Shown here: piece by piece, positions 20,121 through 31,891 of the stretch
Position numbering within the stretch: position 1 is the stretch's first letter
Layout: each line of letters begins with the position of its first letter
Assembly (NCBI GenBank): GCA_963817895.1
Contig: CAWFQB010000010.1
Coordinates: forward strand, 96,001 to 160,000
Source of the DNA: an uncultured Chthonomonadaceae bacterium
GTDB taxonomy: Bacteria; Armatimonadota; Chthonomonadetes; Chthonomonadales; Chthonomonadaceae
Direction: 5' to 3'
Length of the DNA stretch: 64,000 bases
Made by a program: the position numbers and the translations under genes
The notes under the pieces: model-generated
What the model was told of the DNA's origin: nothing
What the model saw: the letters and a program-made list of their open reading frames with translations, nothing else
The model's database searches: none

Positions 20121-21431
20121 ATGCGCGGTAATGATGGACGGGCGGAAAATACTTTGGGCGCTGCATGGCGTTTTCTGCTGCGTCTGGTGGTGATTGGGTT
20201 GACGCTGTACGCTTGCTATCGCCTGCGCAACATCATTACCACCGTTTTCATTGCCGCCATTATCGCGTATACGCTCAATCCGCTCGTGGACTGGCTGTGC
20301 CGCCAGGACAGTTTTGTACGGGTGCATCAGATGATTACCCGCATGGGCGCGCAGGTGCAAATTGCTTATCGCCGCTCCATTCATCAGCAATTGGTTACGC
20401 CTACAGGCCGCGTCCGCATCCATCGGCATGTGCTGCGGGTGTACGCCACGCTGTATGTGTTCGTCCTATCGGTGTTCGTGCTGTGGTGGGGAACCCGGCT
20501 GATTGTGACGCCGTTCGTATCCGAAATCAAGATCGCCACCAGTCCGGCGAAGGTTCAGGAAATCACGGACAGGATCAATGACAGGCTGGATCAGTACGAC
20601 GAAGATGCCCCGGACTGGCGCAGTTCCGACAAAATCCGTGAGCAAATCAAAAAAATTGATTTTTCTAAAGTGGCGCAGGGCGTGTTTGCCGAGTTGGGAC
20701 AGAAGGCGCTCGACAGCGCCAAAAACATTGTGGAAATAGTCGTGCTGCCCGTTCTCGCCTTTTACTTTCTAATTGATGGGCGCAAACTTAAACACGAATT
20801 TGTCGCTCTGATGCCGCGCCGCCACTTGCGCGAAACTGTGCGGATGGTGAACGAGTTCAACCGCATCATGCGTGACTTTGTGGTGGGGCAGGTGATTTTG
20901 TGCGCCCTTGCCGGCGTGGTCGTGGGCGTGGGATTGGCCGCGCTCCGTGTACAGTACCCGTTTGTTATGGGTGTGCTGGCGGGAATCACGCGCGCCATAC
21001 CCATCATCGGCCCGATTATCGGCGGTATTCCGATTGTGATTTTGACGCTGGTGAGCAAAGGGCCGGGAACCGCGCTGGCCGTGTTGGGATTTTTTACGCT
21101 GCTGCATCTGGTGGAAAGCAAGTTCATCATGCCGAAGTTGATTGGCGACCGCATGGAACTGCATCCCGTGATTATCATTGTGGTGCTGATTGCGGGGGGA
21201 GAGATCGGCGGCGTGTTGATCGGCGGCACGATTGGCAGCCTGCTGGGAATGTTCTTTGCCGCCCCGCTCGCCTCCATTATCCGCGTGATGATACGACGCT
21301 ACTGGCTCGGAATGAGGCGGGCGTCTAATCATCCGTTCCTCGAGTCGGATGCTCCTCAACCTGCGCTTTTGGGCCTGCCTCGCGCGGAATCGTTTGTGGA
21401 AGCCCTCCCTGCCACTAAACCTTTGAAATAA
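20121..21431 (+). CDS. AI-2E family (PerM-like) transporter
   Basis: AYTLNPLVDWL; FYFLIDG; IPIIGP; ESKFIMPKLIG...LHP; G.FFA.PL. Confidence 0.9.
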   Translation: MRGNDGRAENTLGAAWRFLLRLVVIGLTLYACYRLRNIITTVFIAAIIAYTLNPLVDWLCRQDSFVRVHQMITRMGAQVQIAYRRSIHQQLVTPTGRVRIHRHVLRVYATLYVFVLSVFVLWWGTRLIVTPFVSEIKIATSPAKVQEITDRINDRLDQYDEDAPDWRSSDKIREQIKKIDFSKVAQGVFAELGQKALDSAKNIVEIVVLPVLAFYFLIDGRKLKHEFVALMPRRHLRETVRMVNEFNRIMRDFVVGQVILCALAGVVVGVGLAALRVQYPFVMGVLAGITRAIPIIGPIIGGIPIVILTLVSKGPGTALAVLGFFTLLHLVESKFIMPKLIGDRMELHPVIIIVVLIAGGEIGGVLIGGTIGSLLGMFFAAPLASIIRVMIRRYWLGMRRASNHPFLESDAPQPALLGLPRAESFVEALPATKPLK

Positions 21432-21465
21432 ATTTGTTCGCGCGGGCAGCAAATTCGTCAAAATT

Positions 21466-21494
21466 TTGTTGTTTCTTGCGAATCGTGCTATAAT
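21466..21494 (+). promoter_or_regulatory. extended -10 promoter of mutM-rpsA-coaE
   Basis: TTGTTG, 17 nt, TATAAT preceded by TGn. Confidence 0.6.
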
Positions 21495-21547
21495 AGCATG
21501 TCAAAGACGGTAAAAGCGAAAAATAGTTTTACCTGATGGGTGTTTTC

Positions 21548-22435
21548 ATGCCTGAATTGCCGGAAGTTGAATTGCTGCGCCGCCTGCTTGCCCACCGCTT
21601 GTGCCATGCGCGTATTGTGGATGCCTGCTTTCCTTCCCCGGTTATTCTGCGTGGTACAACTCCCTGCGACTTTCGCGCCGAAATTCAGGGCCGAACGATT
21701 GCCGATATTGAACGGCGGGGCAAGTACCTGCTGTTTACGTTAAGCAATCCGGTGAACAATCACGATACAGCAGGCGTCCAACATTGCGACCTTCGCCTTG
21801 TCGTTCATCTTCGGATGCGGGGCGGCCTGCGCGTGGAACCCGGTGACACGGTTCCCGGCAAGTATTTGTGCGGGTTGCTTAATTTGGAAGATGGGCGCGA
21901 AATGCGCTATTATGATATGTGGCGGTGGGGAGAGTGGTGGCTTGCGCCGCCCGCCCCGCAGCCGACCGGACTTGCAGGGTTGGATGAGTTAGGGATTGAG
22001 CCGTTCGACGAAGAGTTTACGACTCCGTTTCTAATCTGGGCGCTGAAACGGCGTCGAACGCCAATTAAGCCGCTGTTGCTCGGTCAAAAAATCGTGGCCG
22101 GATTGGGCAATATTTATTGCGATGACAGCCTGCATCGCGCCCGCCTGCATCCTTCGCGACCCGCAAACAGCCTTTCTGTGGGGGAAGTCGAGCGGCTGCA
22201 TGAAGCGATAGTGGCGGTTTTGGAAAGGGCGATTCGGGAAGCCGACGCGACCGTTCAGCGATTGATTGCCGCCGACGCGAATTTAGAAACGTTCGAGGGA
22301 CTTTCCGCGCAAAGCGTGTATGACCGTCCCGGCCAGCCCTGCCCGACATGCGGGGTCAGCCTTCAAAAGATTGCGTTTTACGGGCGAGGCACCACCTTTT
22401 GCCCTGAATGTCAACCAGTCGCGGTTTCTGTCTGA
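21548..22435 (+). CDS. mutM: formamidopyrimidine-DNA glycosylase
   Basis: MPELPEVE; RRGKYL; HLRMRG; GLGNIY; zinc finger CPTC...RGTTFCPECQ. Confidence 0.95.
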   Translation: MPELPEVELLRRLLAHRLCHARIVDACFPSPVILRGTTPCDFRAEIQGRTIADIERRGKYLLFTLSNPVNNHDTAGVQHCDLRLVVHLRMRGGLRVEPGDTVPGKYLCGLLNLEDGREMRYYDMWRWGEWWLAPPAPQPTGLAGLDELGIEPFDEEFTTPFLIWALKRRRTPIKPLLLGQKIVAGLGNIYCDDSLHRARLHPSRPANSLSVGEVERLHEAIVAVLERAIREADATVQRLIAADANLETFEGLSAQSVYDRPGQPCPTCGVSLQKIAFYGRGTTFCPECQPVAVSV

Positions 22436-22483
22436 GTCGGCTTGCCGAACACGCGGAACGCGCCGAGAGGAGTGGATTGTCAT

Positions 22484-24229
22484 ATGTCTGACGAGATGGT
22501 TCAGGAAAAGACGAACCCGGTTATGGGAGCGGAGTCGGGCAACGGCCATGAGGAGGTCCAGCCCGGCGCTGTGGCGACGCCCGTCTCTTCCACCGCTGCT
22601 GCCGGAGCCGCAGTAACGGACGAACCGGCTCCGGCCCAACCCGTCGCCGCGCCCATCGCAGCGACTGATTCGGCTGCCGACGCCGCCAACAGTGTGGAAG
22701 CCCCGGCTGCCCCCGCAACGCCCGCGCCAACAGTGGACGTTCCGGCAACAGCGGAGGCCCCGCCTGTCCGCAGCCAGGCGGACGAAGACGCCAACGACTT
22801 TGAAAAAGAGATGCAGGCGTTGGGAATGGGCAAGCAATACGACCGCTCCCTGCAACAGTTGCGCGAAAACGAGGTGATTACCGGCACAGTGATGCGCGTG
22901 GATCGCCGCGAAGGCGTACTGGTGGATGTCGGCGCGAAATCCGAGGGCATCATTCGCCCCAACGAATTGTCGCGCGACGGCAACGTCAATCCTGAAGACG
23001 TTGTTAAAGTTGGGGACAAAATCAAGGTCTATGTCATCGAGCCGGAAAATCAGGACGGCATCCCCGTGCTTTCCAAAAAGCGCGCCGACTTTGAACAGGC
23101 GTGGGATAAGGTACAAATCGCCAAAGACACCGGCGAAACCCTGACCGCAATCGTTACGGATCGCGTCAAGGGCGGGCTGGTGGTTGATCTGGGAATTCGC
23201 GGCTTCGTGCCGGCGTCCCATGTCGGCAACGGCAGCCTGAAAACCAACCTGGACAAGTACGTGGGCCAGTCTATCCCGCTCAAAGTGATTGAAGTGGACA
23301 AGGAGCGCCGCAAGGTGGTTCTTTCCAACAAATCCGCTGTGGACGAGGAGCGACAGGCGAAATCGCAGGAGACCAAGTCCAGCCTTCAGCCCGGCCAGAT
23401 TCGGCACGGGGTGGTGCGCCGCCTGACAAACTACGGCGCGTTCATTGACCTGGGCGGCATTGACGGCCTGCTGCACATCTCCGAAATGTCGTGGACGCGC
23501 ATCAATGACCCGAAAGAGGTGTTGCGCGAAGGTCAGGAACTGGATGTCAAAATCCTGAAAATGGATCTGGAAAGCAACCGCGTTTCGCTTGGCCTGCGCG
23601 ACATTCTGCCCGATCCCTGGATCGAAGTGGGCAAACGCTACAACGAGGGTGATGTGATTAGCGGCACGGTAACGCGCCGGGTTCCCTTCGGCGCCTTTGT
23701 TCAGGTGGAAGGCGATGTCGAGGGTATCATTCCCAATGCGGAAATCCCCCGCAATCGTGGCGGACAGCCCGGACGCGATGTGGTTCAGGGCGAGATTGTA
23801 GAAGTGAAAGTTATCAGCCTGCGCCCGGAAGAGCGCAAAATGACTCTTTCGCTCAAAGCCCTGCTGCCGCCCGAGGAGCAGGAGCAGGCGCCGCCCCGCC
23901 CGCCCCGCCCTGCCGGTGACGCGGGAGCCGCAAGAGAACCGCGCCCTGCCGGTGACGCGGGAGCCTCGCCTCGCCCTGCCGCTGCCACAGAAGCGGGAGC
24001 CGCCGCGCCCAAACGCGAACGCGCCGGACGTGGCCGCGAAACGGAAGAGGACTTCGGCGGACGATTCGCTCCGGCCCGCCCGGACGAACCGCGCTTCAAC
24101 CAACTGGGCGAAGCCTTCGCCGCCGCGCGTCGCAGCAAGCGCGAACAGCGTGATACGGAAGCCGAGGAAGAGTTCGACATCAACAGCGTCGAATTGGAAC
24201 CGGAAGAAGAGACGGAAGAAGAGGGGTAG
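22484..24229 (+). CDS. rpsA: 30S ribosomal protein S1 (four S1 repeats) with long disordered termini
   Basis: VDVGAKSEG; VKGGLVVDLGIRGFVPAS; YGAFIDLGGIDGLLHISEMSW; PFGAFVQV; GAGGAG upstream. Confidence 0.9.
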   Translation: MSDEMVQEKTNPVMGAESGNGHEEVQPGAVATPVSSTAAAGAAVTDEPAPAQPVAAPIAATDSAADAANSVEAPAAPATPAPTVDVPATAEAPPVRSQADEDANDFEKEMQALGMGKQYDRSLQQLRENEVITGTVMRVDRREGVLVDVGAKSEGIIRPNELSRDGNVNPEDVVKVGDKIKVYVIEPENQDGIPVLSKKRADFEQAWDKVQIAKDTGETLTAIVTDRVKGGLVVDLGIRGFVPASHVGNGSLKTNLDKYVGQSIPLKVIEVDKERRKVVLSNKSAVDEERQAKSQETKSSLQPGQIRHGVVRRLTNYGAFIDLGGIDGLLHISEMSWTRINDPKEVLREGQELDVKILKMDLESNRVSLGLRDILPDPWIEVGKRYNEGDVISGTVTRRVPFGAFVQVEGDVEGIIPNAEIPRNRGGQPGRDVVQGEIVEVKVISLRPEERKMTLSLKALLPPEEQEQAPPRPPRPAGDAGAAREPRPAGDAGASPRPAAATEAGAAAPKRERAGRGRETEEDFGGRFAPARPDEPRFNQLGEAFAAARRSKREQRDTEAEEEFDINSVELEPEEETEEEG

Positions 24230-24335
24230 GTTGTTAGTTGTCAGGTTGTTAGTTGTTAGGAAGAGGGTTCATGCTAGAGCGTCTCTACGAGCCATATCTG
24301 TCCTTAACCTGACAACCTGACAACCTGACAACCTA
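24227..24335. repeat. inverted tandem array (TAGGTTGT/CAGGTTGT)n / (ACAACCTG)n
   Basis: Fills the rpsA-coaE intergenic space. Confidence 0.8.
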
Positions 24336-24937
24336 TGCGAATTGTTGGCATTACCGGCGGCCTGGGAACAGGCAAAAGCCTCGTGACGGAACTGCTGCGC
24401 GAACGGGGCGCGATTACGTTCAGCGCGGATGAGGCCGCTCGCGCCGCGCTGAATCCTTCCGGCCCGACCCTGCGCGAGATCGGGCGCGTGTTTGGCGTAG
24501 CCTCCCTGAATTCGGACGGCAGCCTGAATCGCGCCTATCTCGCATCCCTTGTTTTTAGCGACGAGCAGGCGCGGCATACGCTCAATCAACTCACCCATCC
24601 CCCCATTTTGCGGCTGCTGCGCGCGCAGATTGAAGCATGTCGCCCGGACTTTGCTCCCTCCACTATTGTCGTGGTCGAAGTTCCCCTGCTGTTTGAAACA
24701 AAAATGCAGAATTGGTTTGAACCAATCGTCGTGGTCAGCGCGTCCCAAACGTTGCAGGTAACTCGCCTGTGTAAGCGCAACGGGTTGTCGGCTGAAGAAG
24801 CGCGGCAACGCATCGCGGCGCAGATGCCACTGGAACTCAAAGTGGCGCAGGCGGATGTTGTTCTCCACAATGAGGGTACCCCGGCGGAACTCGAACGCGA
24901 CGTGGAAACCCTGTGGCGGCAATGGACGCAGGCATGA
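24335..24937 (+). CDS. coaE: dephospho-CoA kinase
   Basis: GITGGLGTGKS; L..LTHP; VEVPLLFE; RIAAQMP; ADVVLHN. Confidence 0.95.
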   Translation: MRIVGITGGLGTGKSLVTELLRERGAITFSADEAARAALNPSGPTLREIGRVFGVASLNSDGSLNRAYLASLVFSDEQARHTLNQLTHPPILRLLRAQIEACRPDFAPSTIVVVEVPLLFETKMQNWFEPIVVVSASQTLQVTRLCKRNGLSAEEARQRIAAQMPLELKVAQADVVLHNEGTPAELERDVETLWRQWTQA

Positions 24938-25014
24938 ATCCGGGCTGTTTGGACGTTAGGGAGCGAAAGTTTTCAGGGTTTCTCGTAAAAGCCGTCTGGA
25001 AACGTAAAAATCGC

Positions 25015-25043
25015 TTGCTTTCTCAAAACCAGTATGCTATAAT
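25015..25043 (+). promoter_or_regulatory. sigma70 promoter (extended -10)
   Basis: TTGCTT, 17 nt, TATAAT preceded by TGn. Confidence 0.7.
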
Positions 25044-25049
25044 CCGAAT

Positions 25050-25320
25050 TGTCAGGGATGTCAGTCCGAACCGGTAAACCCACCAACCGGGAACGCTGGC
25101 AAGCACACCGCGTAACGGTCTTCTCAAGACGTTTGACGGCTTCCCGTATGTTGCGCCCGGACTTCGCGCGTTTCCAACGATCATTACGAAGCCGGATGAG
25201 GATTGTAACCCCCAGCATTGTGCCGGACCTGTCACCGGTTAAGGGCGCGTTCCCTTGCCGACAGGTTCAAGTTAAGGGTCCTCCCTGCGCGGGCGTCACG
25301 CTCCACCCAACGCCTGTGTC
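25050..25320 (+). ncRNA. candidate structured non-coding RNA or long leader, family not identified
   Basis: Starts just after the promoter; hand-found stems GGGA-TGTCAG/TTGACG-TTCCC, CCGGT/ACCGG, ACCG/CGGT, CCGG-CTTCG/CGAAG-CCGG and ACCTGTC-AAGGG/CCCTT-GACAGGT; no credible ORF. Confidence 0.4.
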
Positions 25321-25459
25321 AACAACTCCGTTTTGCCTGAAGAACGTTTTCATAATTCATTCCAGACTGGAAATCACCCCACTTCGGTCGCGCAGGCTTT
25401 CCCCTTCAAGCGTGCCATTTGTGATCTGAGTCAGATCTAATGAGGAGGTAGGACTCGCC

Positions 25460-28400
25460 TTGAATAGAGCCAACAAACTTAATGTTGCCCTGCATCTGCT
25501 TTTGACCGTCGCCCTGCTTGGGCTGGCGTCGCTGGTGATCGCGCAAAATAACGCGCGCGCGCCGCGCCGTATTCTGCCTGCTGTCGCTAAAAAAGGGCAG
25601 GGACGCAAAGCTCCACACACGTTCATCGGCAAGATAACGAAATTGCCCGCCTACGTAACGCGCCGGCATCTCAGCGACAAACTGACCCGCATGGCGCATG
25701 CCTGGCATCCCAAAGGAACCCGAGCAATCGGAGATCAGGGCGTGGTTCGACAGACCATTCTGCTGACCAAACTGGTTCCCTCCTCCAACTTCACGCTCCA
25801 GTCCGCGCCGTCCATAGACCTGCACCCGTACTGGGACGCGAGCGAAACGTACATCTATTTCGACAGCGACCGACAGGCCGCCACGAACACGCCGGCGGCG
25901 CGCCTTTCAACATCTATCGCCTGCTTACCGATGGTTCCAGCGTGGAACAGATCACCACGGGCAGCGATAACAAAATCGAACCCAACATTTCCACATTGGG
26001 CAGCGCGGCGGGCAACCTCCTCTGCTATGTAGCGGGAGGCCAGATCACGGTTCCGAATCCCGGAACCCCCGAAACGCCCGGACAGCCGGCAACCAAAGTT
26101 CAAACTACAGGGTTCAATCTATTTTATATAGATCTGAAAGGCAATGCGGGTCCGCAGCAACTGACCAATCTGGGCGGCGCATTCCACTTCAGCGATGTGC
26201 GGCATCCCTCATTCGCGCCAGGCGGCACGGACATCTGTTTTGCCGGCAAACTGCAGGGTGATCCCAACAACGTCTATCATATCTTTACTGTTAATCTTGC
26301 CCTGGCCAACATCACGCAATACACGGCGGGGGCGTCCAACGACTACTCCCCGGCATGGTCGCCGTCCGTAGACGTTCCGCGTGGGGCAAGCGTGATCGCG
26401 TACACGAGCAACGCGCAGGCGTTCTCGACCACTGCGGCTCCGGTAATTTCCAACATCACCAATCCCGATGGGCATGATGACATTTTTGTGTTCCAGCCCA
26501 ACCCGCAGATTCCGGCAACGCGGCGCATCACCAATTTCGTCGCGCCTCCCGGCCCCGCCAATCCCAACGATCCCATGCCGCCACACGCTTCCAACCGCAA
26601 CCCGGCCTGGAGTACAACGCGCCTGGATACCCGGCCCACCGGCGTTCCGCCCGGACAGGGCAACACCTCGAACTCAGGGGCAGATACTGCTCGGTTTTGC
26701 CAGCACTCGCGTGGATAACAACCTGGACAGTAACGGCGAACCGGACGGCATTCCCAACGGACTTGCCGGTAACTTCACCACCGACATCTACTACATGAAC
26801 GCCACCATCGCCCCCGATCCCGCTAACCCTCGCGTGGTGACGGTGACGACGCCCGAAGTATCCTACGCCCCGGGCGCGGATTACCCGAACTACACGGGCG
26901 CGCACAAACTGCAAACCTACAATCCGCAGGTGGCAGTGGACGCGATGGACAAGGCCGGCCTGACGCAGTTCGACAACCTGCACCAAAGCAGCGAGGACTT
27001 TCCCACGTTCCCGCAGTTCATCAATACCTACCGTATCGCATTCCAGAGCGACCGGGGCGGCAACTACGACCTGTGGGCGGCCTCCATTCTCGACCTGGAT
27101 GCCCCGACACTGCTGAAGTTCGACCAGAGCACCAACGAAATCGTCCGCGTGGAACGCGCCGGTGACAACGGCTCCCTGTCGAGCCGCTATGTGGCTGCGG
27201 GGACGCGCGTTCGCTTCAAAATTCGCGCCGTGGATTACCAGAGCGGAATCCGCTACGCTTACCTTCAGATCAAATGCCCGGACAGCGCGGGACAATCCAG
27301 CGATCAAAAAGAACACAAAATCTTCTATGCGGGACCCGGCCTGCTGGGACCCGCGCCGCTGAACGTTGTCAGCGCCCCGTATGAATTCGATCAACAGGCA
27401 GTCAAAGCGTCGGATACCAGCGGACAGCCGGTCTTCCGACCGTTCGGCAGCGCGAACGCGCCTCTAAGCGTGGGCGGACCCGGCTCCACTCCCGCGTTCT
27501 GGCCCGGTTTCAACCGCTATACGCCCAACGTGGATGATGCCGGCGCCTACTCCGGCAACCTGAACCCGCCGGATGACGCGACCCTCGTTGCGCCCACCCC
27601 GCCCCTGTTCCCGGATGGGGACAACGGCTACTGGCTGCGGCTGCAGCCGGAAACCGACGCGAATGGCGCGCCGACAAACACGGGTACATTCGTGGCGGAA
27701 TGGGATACGCCCTCCACGTTTGCCAGCGATTGGATTATCGACGTTATTTTGTATGATAACGCCGTATACCCGTTCGATGCTTCCGGCGCGACGCAAAGCA
27801 ACTGGAAAATCTACGACAACGTATGGGGCTTCACCACGCGCCCGTTCACCGGCACGGGGCAGGTCTTGTATGTCAGCGACTACGATACGGGGCAGAAGTT
27901 TTTCAACGGCCGCTTCGGAACCGGGGATTTCACCGGTTTTACCAACTCCGCCAACCTGAGTTTCGAGGGCAATCCGACCGAGGCGTGGATGACCGAGATG
28001 GACCCGCAGTTGTTTCCCAGAATTGCGGTGGATCCAAGCACCACCTATACAATCCAGAACTTCCTGACGCCCCTGGGCGCGACCTCCTACGGAAGTTTTT
28101 CAAATGGAACCGGCGCTTTCGATCCGTCTACGGGCGCGACAATTACCACAGGCCCCATCACCGGGCAGTACGACATCTGGCGCGTTCAGTGTCGCGGCGC
28201 TGTGCCGGACAACGTTCTGAACAGCTACGGCGCGCGCAAAGTTTTACAGCCTGCCGATCCGGTTGCCGGCTTTCCGGCGCGTCAGGTGGTGGTCGCCGAC
28301 AAGTGCGTGATCTGGCATTCGCCGTACCTGGGCGACCTGTACGTCGGACCTGGCACACTGCTGGACAGCACCACTCAGACCAGTCTGGGGAACTTTGTCG

Positions 28401-31400
28401 CCAGCGGCGGACGCCTGTTCGTCAACGGGCAGGACATCGCCTTCGGTCTGACCCTGGGCGGCTCGCAGCCCAATAACTTCCTGACGAATGTCCTGCGCGC
28501 CACCTACACGAATGATAACGCTTTGGGAGCGCCGAACCCCAACGGGTTTGGCGGAGATTACGTCAACGATAGAATCAACTCGCCGGGCGACGCGTTCGCG
28601 GGCGCGGGGAATGGCGTCCACCCCATCGGCTGGTCAACCTGGTACGATTTGTTACATGCGTACCCCGATCTCACCCTGGCGGAAGATCCGCCCTTCAATT
28701 CGCCGCCGGTTTATTTCAGTTATACGACCTTTCCAACTGAAAACCGGGATTACGGCTGTCCGAATACCGGCGCGGAGGGCGGGTTCAATACGGGCATCGG
28801 TTCACCCGACCTCGTGACCTTCATTCCGCCGACAACCCTGCCGGCTGTGCCGCCAAATCCGATTCGCGCGCCCTCCGCAACCATATTTCCGGGCGTGTTC
28901 GGCGTGGATGCCGTTTATAGTTCCACAGCAACGCCCCTCGCCAACGCGGCCATCATGTGGTACAAGGATTTGAATTCGCAGGGCAAAGTGGTCTTTTCGC
29001 CGTTCGGCTGGGAAACCCTCAACCCTGAGTACTACATCATCGGCGCGCCGAAAATCATCGTTTTCAAGAACCGGCGCGTGGAACTGATGCACAACGCGCT
29101 GGACTATCTGCGCACCGGGCGGCTTGTCGGCCAGTTGCGTATCCGCAACGGCACGGGCAGCCCTGGTCAGCCGCTTGCGGGAGCGCTCATCCGCGCTTTT
29201 CGCAACGACCCGGTCAGCGGTCTGGTGACAGCCGCCACGACGTATACGGCCATCACCAAGAGCGATGGATCGTATATCATCGAGGGTCTGGACGCTGATG
29301 GCAAGTACAACCTGGATGCCGACAAATCGGGCTTCCTTGCCGAACACAAGTTCGCCAACGGCTTTCATGGCGGCTACCAGTCCTCCACGGACCTGTTCAT
29401 CACGCAGGCGCAGCCCGGAAATATTACGGGCACGGTTACGGCCGTCGGAACCAATCTGCCGGTTCCTAACGTGAGGGTGCAGGCGAAGGACAACGATCCT
29501 AATAATCCCGCCGTGTTTGTGTCCCAACCCACCGACGCGAAAGGCAACTACCAGATTCAAAACCTGCCCATCGGCACCTATACCGTGACCGTAGTTCCGG
29601 CAGACATCATCGCCGCAGGCTTCAACGGCAGCATCCCGCCCTCGCAAACCATTACGGTCACGTCACAGCAAACGGTGGGTGGGGTCAACTTCCAGTTGAC
29701 GCAGCCGCCGGGGGCTGTCACCGGACACGTTTATATCTTAGGCACGATGACGGGAATTCCGGGCGCGACCATCACGGCTGTCGGCGCGAACGGCATTGCC
29801 ACTACGGATGCCAATGGCCTGTACGGGCCGGTCAGCCTGACACCCGGCGCCTACCAGTTGATCGCCAGCGCGCCCGGTTTCGCGGCTTCGGCTCCGAAGG
29901 CCATCACCATTATCACCAATGGAACGGTGACGGTTGACTTCTTCCTCGTGGCGCTGCCACCCGGCTCCATTTCGGGGCTGGTGACAACCTCGCCGCCGAA
30001 TACCATCCCGGTTCCCGGCGCGACGATTACCGTCACTACATCGGCGGGACAGACGTTCACGACGACCACGACGGGAGTGCAGACCAACACGTCCAACGGC
30101 TCGAACTACCAGTACAACTATCAGCTCGGCAACATTCCGGCAGGCTCGACTGTTCAGGTATCGGCCAGCAAATCCGGGTATACGCCCAAGCCGAATCCGA
30201 ATACCCAGACTGTTCCCGTGACTACGGGGGCCGACACGCGCAACGTCAACTTCATACTCGACCCGCTGGCATCGTTCAACTCCGACCTGACGCTGGTTAG
30301 TTCGCCGTTCCAGTATCCGGGCGTCAGCATCACGGATTTGTTCAGCGTCCCCGGCAGCGACCTGAACGGCTCCTTCGCCTTCATCGCCTGGGACGCCACG
30401 CAGCAGAAGTATGTGTATCGCCCGAACCCGCCTGCGGACACCTTCCATCTGGGTGTGGGCTACTTCCTGCAAGAGACCAACACGGCCAGTATTCTGGCGC
30501 TGACCAACCCGAACTATCAGGAGGCTCCGAAGGACGCGCTCGGCAACTACCAGCCGTTCTCCATTCCCCTGCAAAACGGGTGGAACCTGATCGGGATGCC
30601 GTTCGCGACATCCGTAGACTTCTCGAAACTTCAGATTCAGGAGTCCAACGGCCAGCTCGTCAACGTGCCGGAAGCGCAAGGGGGCGGCAACCCGTCCCTG
30701 GGCGGCGCGCTGTTCACCTACGAGCATGGCTCCTACGAGATCGTGTTCACGCTCGATCCGTTCCGGGGCTACTGGCTGCGCGCGTTCCGACCCGTCACGC
30801 TGATCCTCACGCCCGGAGCGCAACAGGGCAGGGCGGCAAGCAACAAAGGCCGCGCGACGGTTGCCTCCAACGTGACCGGCGACGGCTGGAAACTGCAATT
30901 GAATGCCAGAGCGACGGATACGGCGGCAAGCAAAGCTTACCTGGGCGTGTCGCGCAAAGCGACGGACGGCTACGACACCTATAAGGTGGAAGCGCCGCCT
31001 GCCGCGACAAAAGAGAACGTGCAGATCGCGTTCGAGCATAAGGACTGGGGCAACAAATCGGCTGCGTACAGCATGGATGTCCGCTCCGCCAGCGCGGCCT
31101 CGTGGGAGTTCACGGTAACCTCCAACGTGCTGAATACGCCCGTTGTGGTTTCGTGGCCCAACATCACCGCGATCTCGCGCCATGAAGATATGCAGATCAC
31201 CGACCTGCAAAGTCAGCAGTCCTTCACTCTGCGCAACCGTTCCAGCATGACAATTCCGGCCAGTTCGAGCGTGATTTCGCATCACTACCGCCTGGATGTG
31301 AAGCGAACCACGCGCAACCCGCTCAGTCTGACCAATCTCTCGATTGTGCAGGCCGGGTCAGGCCGCGCGGCGGGCGCCCCTGTCAGCATCTCCTACCAGT

Positions 31401-31627
31401 TGTCGCGGGCCGCGTCCGTGACGATCAGGGTGATGCAGAATGGCCGCTCGATCCGCAACGTGACCGCAACCGGAACCCGCGACGCGGGAGCGAATCAGGC
31501 GACCTGGGACCTGAAGACGGACAACGGAACCTCGGTTCCCGCGAACCTCTATACGGTTGAAGTGCGGGCTGCCGATGAAGAGGGCCATGTGGTTCGACAG
31601 ATCGGCTCGGTGGTTATCACCCGCTAA
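25460..31627 (+). CDS. very large exported protein (~2050 aa): TolB/PD40-like propeller repeats, carboxypeptidase-regulatory-like repeats, shared C-terminal module and FlgD-like Ig domain (frameshifts near 25880-25900 and 26680)
   Basis: Signal peptide; repeats DLHPYW..IYFDSDR, RHPSFAPGG, DYSPAWSP, NRNPAWS and IAFQSDRGGNYDLW; four G.I.G.V...P.PGA.I...TD..G.Y repeats; ORFs 25460..26032, 25942..26718 and 26468..31627 joined by inference. Confidence 0.75.
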
Positions 31628-31644
31628 ACCTCTGCCCCGGCAAA

Positions 31645-31674
31645 TTCTCCTCTCCCTGAATAAGGAGAGGAGAA
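31645..31674 (+). terminator. hairpin after the large exported protein
   Basis: TTCTCCTCTCC...GGAGAGGAGAA. Confidence 0.5.
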
Positions 31675-31891
31675 CGGGGTTGAAATTGATATATCAGGAA
31701 AGGGCAGGGGTCCACAGTTGTTGCCGCTGCCATATATCCAAATAATTCAGGCGTGACCGTCTGGAAACGCGCGTAGGCAAACAAGTACGTGGTTGAGAGC
31801 GACCGTAAAAGCAAAACAGGGAAAGGCACCATGTTCCCGCTTCGTTTTTTCGGTTCGCGACTCACTCCCGACACCAAGAGGAGACGATACA

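Noticed and set aside
22283..24103. 606-aa antisense ORF, and similar long shadow ORFs at 39281..41158, 29738..31285, 17614..18933 and 50082..51434
   Set aside because: They lie opposite well-supported genes, are expected from GC-rich codon bias, and have no motifs.
25050..25320. tmRNA, tRNA, RNase P, SRP or a named riboswitch
   Set aside because: Diagnostic motifs were not found by eye; kept only as an unidentified structured RNA.
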